Shown: positions 10,948-22,991 of the stretch, one piece after another | How positions within the stretch are numbered: position 1 is the first letter of the stretch | Layout: each line of letters starts with the position of its first letter | Assembly (NCBI GenBank): GCA_977017575.1 | Contig: CDRNVI010000005.1 | Location: 62,001 to 126,000, forward strand | DNA length: 64,000 nt | Reading direction: 5' to 3' | DNA from: Paramoeba atlantica | Lineage: Eukaryota; Protista; Discosea | The notes under the pieces: generated by a model | Seen by the model: the letters and a program-made list of their open reading frames with translations, nothing else | Told to the model about the DNA's origin: nothing | Databases searched by the model: none | Position numbers and translations under genes: made by a program

Positions 10948-13900
10948 ATGACGCAAACCAATACTCCTCAGAGCCCCGCACGCTCGAACGAGGACCACCC
11001 CTCATTCCATATGAGTGCAAAGGAAGGAACTCTCAGCGTAGGCGCTCTCGCCGACGAAGAACGTGCGCACTCTCTCGGCAGTTGGGACCAATTCCAAGGA
11101 AACAAGCATTTGATTCGCGCTGTCAGCACATACGACGAACAACTCTACATTACACCAATCCCGGCGAATATTCCTAAGGAATGGTTGGAACGCGCACGTC
11201 ACATCTCCCAGGAAAAGGAAACCCCAGACACGGGCCACGTAGAGGCCGAAGACGAGGAGATGCAGCACTGTGGAGTGAGAAGGCAGAAAATTACTCACGA
11301 GGCTACACCCACATCAAAGATCCCCGATGAAGCTCGGACGCTCAAATCCGCAGTGAAGGATGCTCTTTCCCACCAAGGTCGAAACACTTCCCCATCGAAA
11401 GGAGTGACCAAAGCGGACTCGCGCTCGTCAAGGCGAACACCGGAGCCCCGGACATATTTCTCTTCACCGCGACACGCCGCAAACCAAAATAACTTCGCTG
11501 AAAAGACACAAACAAGAGAAGAGACTCGGGAATGTCCGGCCATGGGATGCACTTGGAGAAGTTTGCCGCACGGAGGGTCTTGGCAAGCGTTTTATAACCA
11601 CGTCGCGTGTCGCCACGGAAACGGAGTTCCCGCTACCTGGTGGGATGCAGAAGGCCGATTTCTTTGCAACTTATGCGGGCGCCATTATGACATCAACAAA
11701 AGGGAAGCTCATCCACAAGCCTGCAAAGGGAACGTTGCGAACCCCCAAATCCCATCGCGCGCAGCACACTCGAGCGACCCAAGCCACCTTCCGGGGACTC
11801 AAACTCATCACTCTGAACTTCCCTCGCTATCCTCTATCTGCACGCTGCGCCTGAACACTTGCAAGGACGTGCCTCCACGTTGCCGTCAACTGTGGGGAGA
11901 AATTATCACCAAAGCAGCCCAAAACGCAGTCACCGAAAACTCTACAGCCGCGTAGACCCTATTCGCCATGCTCCCCAAGTGCTTACTACCCGCCCCACAC
12001 CGAGGAGGACGTAAGAACCACACAACTTACGCATCATACGTCCAGAAGTGCATGAACCGATGGCTCGCGCAAGATTATGTCTCCCTATGGAATGAAGCAG
12101 TAGACAACGCACTCAAGAAACAATCTGTAGCCCCTACAACCGTTCACGACGAAGAGGAAAAGGCAGCTATCCGAGCAGAGCTTCTAGCTCGACAAGGCGA
12201 GTACTCTAGGGGTATGGCTGCACTCACGGCGGATGCTATGGCGCCTGACGACGAAGATACACTCCTCAAACTTCAGAGCAAGCACCCGCCCCGACATCCA
12301 GACAGTGACATCATCGACTATACGCCTCCGCCCACAGCGCCCCCAATAATGGATGAACCCGTGGTAGCGAAAACTATCAAGAGCTTTCACCGGGGTTCCT
12401 CGTCCGGAACCATGGGTTTACGACCCAAGCACTTGCAAGCTGTACTCCTGGCGCACGTAGATAACACCGTGAAACCCCTTACTGCCCTTAAAAACCTCGT
12501 GAATCATCTACTAGCCGGGAAAGCACCCCTAGAGGTACAACCATATTTTGCGGGAGCCAGACTTTGCGCGCTTGAAAAGGGCGAAAATGACGTCCGCCCC
12601 ATAGCAGCGGGAGAAACGATACGTCGATTGGTAAGCAAAGCGGCTTGCAATGCAGTGAGGAGCAAAGCCAGGGAATTTTTTAAGGGACTACAGTTCGGCG
12701 TCGCGACACCGGCCGGTTCGGAACGAATAATTCACACTTGCCGGCACGCAATGACAATTCATACGGACAACCCCGACATGGTATTATGTAAAGTCGACCT
12801 AAGCAACGCATTCAACAACGTTAGCAGAGCAACTTTCTTGAAACTTGTAGGCGATCATTTTCCGGAATTGTTCCCCTGGGCTAGCTGGTGCTATACGACA
12901 ACTAGTGCTTTGACCTATCGTGACCACACACTCCTTTCGGATGAAGGCGTCCAACAGGGCGATCCCCTGGGACCACTTTTCTTTTCACTGGTCTCCTTGG
13001 AACTTGCAAAAGAAATCTATCACCAGGCCGACCTGGACTTGCAGCTATGGTACCTAGACGACGGGATTCTCATTGGCAGGGCAGAAGACGTCAGGAATTC
13101 GTTGGATACAATCGCCAGAGTAGGTCCGCGATGGGGCCTATATCTGAACATGTCCAAGTGCGAAATAATCACCCCCCCTGCCTCGGCTAACGTTGTAACC
13201 ATATTTCCGGACATACCCGACGCCAAAATAAACGTGTGCGGTAACTTTAGTGTCCTAGGAAGCCCAATTGGGTCCCCTGAGTACTGTACTGAATATCTGC
13301 TGACACACGCGGTTGAGCCCGCCGAAATGGCCCTTGATGCCATAACCAGAATCCGGGACCCCCAGGTAGCCATGGCGCTAATTCGACAATGTGCTGGATT
13401 CTGCAAATTGGTACATGCTCTACGAACGACGCCCCCGCAATCAGTTATGAACCTCTGCAAGCGGCTCGACGACTTCCTAATGCACGCGGTCGAATCCACT
13501 CTATGTCCTTTGCCTCCCTCCGCACGCGCCCAAATTCAGCGCTTGAAAAGACACGGAGGTTTCGGTTTAAAATCGGCGACCGTGCACGCATCCTCCGCTT
13601 ACGCCTCCTCTGTAGTTTTCGCGGCGGCCACGGACTCATGGGATGCTTCAGAAGTGGAGGGCTTTCTACAATCGATTGAAGACGTGAATTCGAAAGTTGG
13701 TATCAGTCTACTCGACTCAAACGGACTCGTGCGTTCCATCCCGCGCCATAAATGTGAAGAACTCTCCCCCAAAGCTCGCTTCACCAAGAGATCTCGCGAG
13801 GGAGAAACCAGACATCCCTTTGAACCCGCAAATCCGCCTTCTCTTCCTCGTGACCGCGCATTGCCTCATTCCGAAGACTTTCTACACGATACAAACCCCC

Positions 13901-14814
13901 TTTACGCATCCGAAGATTGCGTTGACGCGGAGCCACCCGACTGGGCAAGTAATAGCGTCCCCCGCCAAAAAGACATAAGTTACGCGATCTCTGCCACAGA
14001 GTTCTCGCACGCATATGAAAACGCCGACGCCCGGACTCGCGCACGCTGGGCTTCTCAGTGTGGTAAAGGAGCAAGCAGCTGGGCGTTCGTAACTCCTTCC
14101 AGAGACACGGGCCACGCCTTTAACCCCACAGAATTCCGCATCCTATCCCGCTGGTGGTTAGGTGTGCCCGTGTACGGGGAAGAAGGTACATGTCCCAAGG
14201 GGAACTGCACACTCCCATTGGACATACACGGCGATCACGCTCTCACATGCAAGCACGGGGACGGTATCATCGGCCGTCACAACGCCTTGGCCGATCACTT
14301 TGCCGATACTTGCAGTAACGCACGCCTAGCTCCCCAACGGGAAAAAAGCCTCGGGAACCGGGGCCCCGGAGGCGCTCTGACTAGACCCGGGGACGTCTTC
14401 CTTCCGAGTCTCTTCCTCGGGAAACCTATCGTGCTTGACTTCGCGGTCACTCACGCCCAGCAATCTAAATACACGGACACAGTCCGAAATGCTAGCTGGG
14501 TGGCCGCGGGATCCTTCGCAGAGCATTATGCCTCAGAGCAGAAAGTCCGACAACGCCGTGAATCTGAAGATGCCGGAAGCGACTTCACAGCTATTGTGGT
14601 CGAGAGCTATGGCTCTTGGAGTGCCAGTGCTTTAGCCGTTCTCCGGAAGGTTGGAGAACGAAGGGCAAAAGCGTCCAACGGTATCTTGACAGACGAGGCC
14701 TCTACGCTCCGTCTCGTGACCGACATGAACGTAACATTGATGCGTTGCCAGGCACGCATGATGATTACGCGCCTGCCGGCTGTGGACCCTTTGCCCCCTT
14801 TAATCGAGCAATAG
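10948..14814 (+). mobile_element. Near-identical duplicate of A3 (offset 5359), same in-frame TAG at 11953-11955
   Basis: Proteins differ at only a few residues (T/I, E/K, F/L). Confidence 0.93.
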
Positions 14815-15218
14815 CACGATGACGGATGTGCAAGATGGACCGCTCAGCCGGAACTCGAACAGCTGGTCCGGATGCTGGTCGATGCCGGCAGGGTCTATGC
14901 TCACGCCTAGTCCGCCAGGGCTAGGTACTCCAAGTGAGGTAGGACATGGGTAGGGAACTTTGTTCCTCCCCGTCGGCCAGCATCATGCTCCGCGACCGTG
15001 CCGCTGTCGGCACAGGCCCATTGCTTGCGCCCTCTCGTACAACAAGAGAAGGGTTAACAAGGCAAGCTGGGAGAGGTCGAAAGACCCGGTCCGGAACGCC
15101 CGAATGGTTCGGGGAAAGTCTGCCCCTCCTAGCCGAGGGAGACCTTACCCTCCCTGGAAAGCTGGTAAGATTGGTAAGGGGAAGTGGGTAAGATGGGAAA
15201 GCATGTATTTGCTAGTTA

Positions 15219-16565
15219 TAAACCCCGCGTCACCAATAAGTGACCCCCCCTTATTTTTAGCACAGGGGGTCGTGGGGGGGTTATCATACCACGTTGTCGT
15301 TCAAAATTTTGAGATCTGTACGTTCCCGCTGTTTTTAGCTCATTTTAAAACTTTAAAATTCAGTAAAAAAAAATTAATTTTTTCAACTTTTTTTTCAAAA
15401 ATGCCAAAATCACCATATCGACTCCCAAGAGGGGGGCTGACTTCTAGTGGAAATGTTCTTTTAAAGATGAGGCACGGAGAAGGAGTACCAATAAAAGAGC
15501 TAACCCGTGATTTCAACGTTTCTAGAAGGATAGTTAAAAAATATTTGAACGAAAAAAAAAAACTACCCCAGTATACACTTTGAGTCCTGAGCGAAAAAAA
15601 ATAATGAAAACTCGTAAAACGAAAATTGAAAAGATAACCCCTCTTGACCCCGCTGGAGTACCGAGACTTAATTCATCAAGGCGCATAGCAGCCCAATTGA
15701 AGAAAAAGAATATACAAGTTTCAAAAAGAACTGTACAGAGAGACTTATCATCCCTGGATTACAGTTGTGCCGCTCGACCGCTATGCCAAGGGCTTACCGA
15801 ACGACAAAAGTAAAAAGAGTTCAATTTGCGTTGAATTACAATATGGATACTTCCCGTGTCATCTTTACAGACGAAAAAATATTTGATACTAATGATGGCA
15901 GAAGAAAAGTGTGGGTAAGGCGCGGTCAAAAAGCAGCCCCGCGTCAAAAAGTACGTTGGGCACCAAGATGCCAAGTTTGGGGTGCTGTAGGGGTGGGGTG
16001 GAGGTACTTGGTAATTCTACAAAATGACACATCTATTACAAGTGAGACGTACATAGAAACATTAAAAGAGGTAGATTTCCCCCCTAATCGTATTTTTCAG
16101 CAAGATGGGGCAACGGCACACACTGCTCGTGCCTCAAAGGAGTACATTGAAAGCGCAGTGAGTGAACTTCTGAAAAATTGGCCCCCCAACTCACCAGATC
16201 TTTCCCCAATAGAAAACGTCTGGTCTATGGTCCGAGGGGCGGTGGACGAACAAACCCCATCGGATAAGCCTTCACTCATCCGATGTGTACGCAAAGCGTG
16301 GTCTCGCTTGTCTCAAAATGTGATCGACAAAACGGTCTTAAGCTTTGACTCACGCCTTAAGGAGTGTATAAGATTGAAAGTATAAGATCGAAAAGGTGAA
16401 AAAATGGTAATTCCTCAATAAAATATACGTATTCGCTTCTTTTTGTTTCATTTCTTCACGCGCAAAGTCCTTGTGTTGAGATCTCCAAAATGCAACAAAG
16501 ATCAGCTCAAACGGACACTTGTACGAAAAAAAAGTGGGGGGTCACTTTTCATGACGCGGGGTTTA
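15219..16565 (+). mobile_element. Tc1/mariner DNA transposon with imperfect ~30-bp TIRs, inserted at TA
   Basis: Left end TAAACCCCGCGTCA..AAGTGACCCCCC; right end GGGGGGTCACTT..TGACGCGGGGTTTA; TA on both sides; the empty site CTAGTTTTATATTTTGCTCG is seen in sister 3'UTRs (about 9852, 4571, 10451). Confidence 0.9.
15401..16385 (+). pseudogene. Tc1-like transposase, DD35E, split by two frameshifts at A-runs
   Basis: HTH-like segments (VSRRIVKKYL, VSKRTVQRDL), then IFTDE, QQDGATAH and WPPNSPDLSPIENVW; 35 residues between the second D and E. Confidence 0.88.
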
Positions 16566-16660
16566 TATTTTGCTCGTTTTCAAAATGGGGGGAAGTGAGG
16601 GAAAGAAGTTGAGCAAGTAGGAAAGTAAGTGAGAAAGTCAAAAAAATAAAAAAATAAAAT

Positions 16661-16742
16661 AAGAACACCTTTTTTATAAGAACACCTTTTTTATAAGAAC
16701 ACCTTTTTTATAAGAACACCTTTTTTATAAGAACACCTTTTT
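16661..16742. repeat. (AAGAACACCTTTTTTAT)x5 tandem repeat
   Basis: Direct reading. Confidence 0.9.
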
Positions 16743-17094
16743 AAAAGAAAAAGAAAAAAAGAATATGCTTGGGAAAGGACGTGCAATACCCCCCATCCAC
16801 AAAAAAATTAGAACTTCAGTTATAGTATCCTAAATTTCATATCGTAATTAATTTTATTTTTTTTATTAAGACAACGTTTTTTATTAAGACAACGTTTTTT
16901 TTTATGTCATAAATGGAGATGTGACTGAGACCGTCCGAGATCGCTTAACCCGGTGTCGAATTATAGTTTTTTTTTTTTTTAAGCAATAAAATTAGCAATT
17001 TCATATTTTGGAGCCCAAAACTAGCAATTCGATCTCCCGTAAGTATAATAACAATAATAACAATAATAATAAAAACAAGCAATCCACGCCCAAT

Positions 17095-17334
17095 CCATTC
17101 GCGCGTTCCGGACCGGGTCTTTCGACCTCTCCACGGCCTGACTTGTGAACCCTTCCCTTGCTATATGGGAGGGCGCAGGCGCGGGCCTGTGTCGACAGCG
17201 ACACGGTCGCGAAACAGGATGCTGGCCGACGGGGAGGAGATTCACTACCCGTGTACTACCTCACTTGGGGTACCTAGCCCTCGCGGGCTAGGCGTGAGCA
17301 TAGACTCTGTCGACTCGACCAACATCCAGGCCAG
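17095..17334 (-). ncRNA. Structured 3'UTR RNA module (type a) of A4
   Basis: Reverse complement of 2289-2528. Confidence 0.75.
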
Positions 17335-17343
17335 AAGTTTTCC

Positions 17344-20300
17344 TTACTCTTCTTTGCCATACCCCACAAGTGCAGGGCCTGTGTTCGCCGAGGGGAGGCG
17401 AAGAACGAGCATACGCGCCTGGGAGCGCATGAGGGTGACGTTCAGACTTGTTAGTATTTGCTGTAACGCCCCCCCTTGCGAAAGTGTTCCACCTGTCGCA
17501 GCTTGGCCTTTCGAGACTTCCCGCAAGACCGACATAGCGGCCGGACTCCAGCATCCGTATGTTTCGACAGCCATAGCTGTGAACTTGGTCTTCGCTTCTT
17601 CAGCTTCCTCCCGTTGCTTCCGCTTGTGTTCGACGGCGTACCTCTCGGCGAATGACCCGGCTGCCACCATGTTAGCATCACGGACCAGGTCCGTATACTT
17701 TTGTTGCTGAACATGTGTGACAGCGAAATCAAGGACGAGGGCCTGACCGAGACCACCGTTCCGGACATAGACATCTGCGGGTCGCGTGAGGGCGCCGCCC
17801 GGACCCCTGTTTCCCAGAGAGACTTCTCTCTGTGGGCTCAACCCGGCCTTGCTGCATTCAGCGGAGAACTGTTCCGCTAGGGCGTTGTGCCTTGTAATGA
17901 TTCCGTGGCCGCACTTGCAGGCTAGCGCATGGTCCCCCCCAGGGCCGAGTGGGAGGCGACAATTCGGAATCGGGCAGTTGTGACCTTGAGGGTATATACT
18001 CTCCCCGAGCCACCAACGAATCAGAGTCCGAAATTCAGTAGGGGTGTAGGCATGACCGCAGAGAGTTGAGGGAACCGTGAAGGCCCAGTTGGATGCCCCG
18101 TCGCCCGTTTGTGAGAGCCACCTAGCCCGAGTGCGGGGATCCGCTCTTGCGTAATCTTCCTCAAAGTCTCTCGCTGAAATCGCATGACTGAGATCGCGTT
18201 GTCGAGGAATCGCCAAATCTTGAGAAAGGTCAATATCGGGGGAGGGCGAGAAGGGGCATCTCTTTATGACGGAGTCCTTGTGGATTTTCCCGGTAGATTT
18301 GTCCACCATACACCCCCCTACACGCCGGTTAATGTCCTCCACGGCGTAAGAAAAGCCCTCAGCCTCATTTGCATCCCATCGATCCTTGTCGGAAGCGAAA
18401 GCTACTGAAGCTACGTACGCTGAGGTGGCATGCATTTCCGCTGAGCGAAGGCCGAGACCGCCGAACTGTTTATTTCTTTGTGCTTGTCGTCGAGCCATGT
18501 CACTCAGTGGGCGACAAAACGTTTCAACCGTACGCTGAACGGCGTTGTCGAGTCTGCGACATAAGTCCAGTAGTTCGTCCGTCGGCGTCGTGCGAAGGGA
18601 GTAAACCATCTGGCAAAACCCTGTGCACTGTCGGATGAGAGAGAAAGCGACCTGAGGGTCCTCCAGTTTCTCGATCGCTTCAAGGGATTCCTCCGCCTGG
18701 GAAATCGCGCTGTCGAGGAGGAACTGACGGCTGTACGTCGTAGATCCGATGGGGCTTTCCAAGATGCTCAGATTACCTTCCATGTTGATGTTGAGCCCGG
18801 GAATGTCAGGAAAGTGGGTAGTTTGATGAGATGAGGAAGGGTGTGTGATTATTTCGCACTTGGACGGATTGAGGTTCAGACCCCACTTTGGCCCTCCAAT
18901 TTCGATGATATCTAGTGCGTGACGTACATCAGAAGCCTGGCCTGCAAGGACGCCATCATCAAGGTACCAGAGATTGAGATGAAGATCAGGAGCTCCGGCC
19001 TTAAGTTCTGCGGCCATTTCTCTCATGACGAGCGAGAACAAAAGGGGTCCGAGCGGGTCTCCTTGTTGTACGCCTTCAGAGGATTGAACTACACGTGCGC
19101 CGAATGTCAGGTTACTGTCCGAACTGTAGCACCATTCCACGAACGGGCTCAACTCAGGGAAATGATGCCGCGTCAAGGCCATAAAGCTATTTCTTGAAAT
19201 GTGATTGAAAGCGTTGCGAAGGTCAACCTTGCATAGCACAAAATCCTCGTTATTGATGTGGTGCGCAACCAGGCGCCTGCAAATGTGGATAACACGTTCG
19301 GCTCCTGCGGGCGTCGCCACTCCATATTGTTGATCTTTGAAGAGCGTTCTGGATTTAGCCTTTGCAGACAGACATCCTATCTTGCTCGCTAGTCGGCGGA
19401 AGGTTTCCCCTGCGGCAATGGGGCGGACATCACCCTGACCCTTGTGTAAGGCACATAAGCGTCCGCCGGCGAAGCAGTGTTGGACTTCAAGTGGTACTTT
19501 GCCCGCTAGCATATGACTAATAAGTTTCGTGAGCGTACCGAGCGGATCTGTCCTGGCGTCGTGATGGAATTGCACTGCTACTTGTAGGTGCTCAGGCCGA
19601 AGTCCGAGAGCTCCCCCTGAGGAACCGCGGTGAAAGCTGGAAAGCGCCGTAATGATGTCCTCTTCGGTTGCGGTGATCGGTTTAATATCGAAATCCAGTT
19701 CGTGCTTTCACGTACATTAACAAAGAATATGAAAAGATATATTAAGAAGAAATAGAACTGGAAATAGAACATAACGAAAATTCATTGAAATCGTCATACA
19801 TGTAGATCAGTTTCTCAAAGAGTACAAGTCTCATCACATCAGCACAGTTTGAAACAATATTCCGGAATTCCATAATCAAAGTAACTTGTGAACGGGAAGA
19901 CCCATCCCCTCAGCTCGCAGCCAACCAACCCTGCGAAAACGAGTGAAGCTTTACCCAAATAGAATAGTCACTAATACAGTCACATAAGAATAAAATCAAT
20001 TTCACGCGAAAATGCATACAGTTCATACACGTACATAATTATTAACAAACCCTATTCAAATATAATCCCTCCTGAATTTCAATCCGTAAACTTTTACAAA
20101 GAAGGCGTGGTAATCGGACTTGGACCCAGAAGTCGAGACGGGTGTTTCGCCTGGAGCTTTTGATAAGTCGTGTCATCGTTTGGGGCAAGTGGTTCGGATG
20201 TCAACGCAGTCATTGCGCGGGAAAGTTCACCATCTCGCACGAGGCGTACTGCTCGGAGCGCAGCTTTCTGATCCTCCTCTTCAATGCTCTGAGCCTGTGG

Positions 20301-21764
20301 AGAACTTTTCCGCTTACGCTTCAGGCTTGACAAGGCCTCGTTCCAAAGTGGTAGAAATTCCTTGTTCTTCCATCTGGAAAGGCATTTGCGGACGTGGGAG
20401 GCGTATGAGGCTTTACCCTTGTCCCCGCCGCGTCGTGGTGCTGGAATTACACATTTAGGTAACATAGCCAGCAGGGTCCAAGCCTCGATGGTGTTGTCAC
20501 GTACGGCCGCCGCCATGCATTCGGTAAGTGTTTTCGCCCATTCAGGCTTACAGCTGTTTGGGATATTTTTGCAGGTATTGACGGACAAGGCGCATACTGA
20601 TGATAGGGACGGCAGATCTTCCACTGTTGGGGCGCCTTGCATAGTGTTCTCGCTAAGCTGCTGCTCAGGGTGGTGCTCAGTAACGGAATTTGGGGGCGGG
20701 ACGGGGTAATCTTTGGAGCCAGCGGAGTAACCATGCGAAGGTTTGGGTGACGGCGTGCGAAACCTGCAGTGCATCTTGTGTGTTGCTTGCTTGCGCATGG
20801 AGTAGTGCTTTTTGCAACCCGGGCATAGGAATCTTCCCTCCTCTGTCCACCATGATTCCGCCACTTCTTCCCCATGTCTGTTAGCCACGTGGTTGTAAAA
20901 GGCTTGCCATTGATCGCCGTGCGGCCCTGTTTCCCAGGTACATGAATCCAAGGGGCATTTCCTGGGCCGACTTGGTGTGCTAATAATGGGGGCGGGCGTG
21001 CTTTTAGATGACTCGGCGTTTCGGGAGGTTAATGGGCGTCGGTGTCGCTTGAGACTTACTGAAGTGTCCGCATGGGGCTTTGTGTCCGGTTTTTTCGGAG
21101 ATGATGCCGCAGACAGATTGCTGTCACTTTCAGCCTCAGGAGTGTATGGCCTAGGGGAGTTGGAACTTGATTGTGCGGTGTCACGGTCGTCGCTGTCGGC
21201 CCCGGACTCAGCACACAATTGGGAAAGGGAGATGCTCTTGGGTCGCTTCTTCTTTTTCCGTCCTTTTCCGCATCCATTCACAGACACAGTAAGGTCTTCA
21301 GGAGTGAGATCGGGGAAGAGCAATTTATCTTTTTCGTAATTATATTCGTTGTCGTATGACCTCCGGATATGTCGTTCGCACCTCTCCTTCACAGCCTTAT
21401 TTGTGGTTTTTGATAGGCTGAGTGAAGAAGATTCTGCTCCCGCAAACTGGAATTCGAAGTCCTCAGTTGGACGGACGCTGGAGAAAAGTTCCTCTTCCGT
21501 GCTTGTCTGCTGTTGCCCTGTATCTGGGGTCTCACCTTCCACAGAGTTCGTAATGCTGAGTGCAATCTCGTCCGCTCGCCGTAAAGATTCAGCTGAAGGA
21601 TTAGGTGGGAGGGGTGTAGTGTATAAGTCTACATGGTACGTACTCTTGCCTTCAACAAGGTCCTTGTTTGCGTCGAATTGGTCCCAGCAGCCGAGTGTGT
21701 GTGCTTTCACCTCGCGCTCGAAGTTCGAGACCTGCTTCGCCTTAGATCGAGTTAAAACAACCAT
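17344..21764 (-). mobile_element. Full-length CRE family A element A4; ORF open (1337 aa) once the insertion at 19690-20096 is removed
   Basis: MVVLTRSKAK start, LsmAD-like motif, Zn fingers; TTG|GAT joins in frame to DIKPITATEED..FHRGSSGG; complete RT and RLE motifs. Confidence 0.9.
19690..20096 (-). mobile_element. TSD-less non-autonomous insertion (family X), 407 bp
   Basis: Left end TAAAAGTTTACG-N4-GAAATT and right end GGATTTC match the other family X copies; removal restores the host ORF. Confidence 0.75.
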
Positions 21765-21800
21765 GGGGCGTAAGAGTGAGATAAAGAAAAGAAAATAATT

Positions 21801-21839
21801 CAACAAGGTACAGAAACTGTATCTTTATCGTTAAAGATT
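21801..21839 (-). other. Complete 39-nt spliced leader at the 5' end of A4, preceded by a partial SL stutter
   Basis: Reverse complement of AATCTTTAACGATAAAGATACAGTTTCTGTACCTTGTTG; an extra AATCTTTAACGATAAAG lies at about 21845-21861. Confidence 0.88.
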
Positions 21840-22991
21840 TTTAACTTTATCGTTAAAGATTTTTTTTTTCTATGATTTTGATAACAATAATAATAAAAAG
21901 AAGCAATTTATGCCCAATTCATTCGCGCGTTCCAAATCTTCATTTTTTTTTTTTTACTTTCCGCAGGTGTATGACTTAAAAAAAATCGCATTTTCTTATC
22001 AATTACCATAAAGTTACATAATATGACCGGTCTTTTCAGATAATGAATAATATGATTTTCTCTCGTGTGTTGAGCCGGAACCAAAATTACTTTCTCAAGT
22101 TTTCATAATTAATAAAGAATGGTTGATTAAATCGCCGTATCTTCTCGGCTCTGCGGCACTAGAAATTTGCCAAGTTGCGAGAGAACAACCGATCCGTTGA
22201 ATTCTTGTAATCGAAGTGTAAAATCTTGGATCACGTAATCCCGCGCTAATCCACACGCGTCGGCTAAAGCGAGAAGCAGGTTCTTTGTGTTAGCGTGCAT
22301 AGCTCCTCCTGCAAGCATCGGTATGCACTGAAATTGGATTTGGGGGAGCAGTTTTGAGGCTACGTACGTCTTGTTCTTCCGTTTAATGGCGTCCCTCATA
22401 AGGATTGTGCCGCCTCGCGTTAAATTCGAAGGACATAGTTCATGCACAATGGTGAAGTCGTAGAATACGTCTCCGTCGGCCCAGTGAATAACTAGATCCG
22501 GCCCTGAGTGGTGAAAAGATCCTGATCCGCAGATCCTTTGGTGTGATGGTTTAGAATCCCCATCCAGATGAGCTCCACATTTGACACACGTGTACGTAGA
22601 GAACTGCCGGGGTTCTCGTTCAAAAGGAATGCCTGCTTTGATGCATAATTCATACAGTCTGTGGACCATTTTGTTGTGCTTCGTTGTCGCGTTGTTACCA
22701 GTGCAAGTCGAGCATCCAGCCACGTGGGAAATAGCGTTCTCGGAAGTCAGCAAGGTGTGACACCCGGGGCACTGTAGGTGTGCAGGGAGTCTGGGATGTG
22801 CCAGTCCAAAACGGGGCATTACCGCAAGGGTGAATAGTCTGCTGGGCACTAATCTGGTGGAGGAGGCCAGCCACGTGTAACTTCCTTTAGCACTTGTAGC
22901 TCGTAATATGTCGGCTTGGCATGGTTCTTCCATCAATTTGTCGCGTATGTATTTGTGGTGCAGGTCTTCTGTTGTTGGCTCATCGGCGGAA

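Noticed and set aside
19690-20096. Canonical GT-AG intron in A4
   Set aside because: No GT/AG pair restores the frame; the boundaries are TA..TC and match family X.
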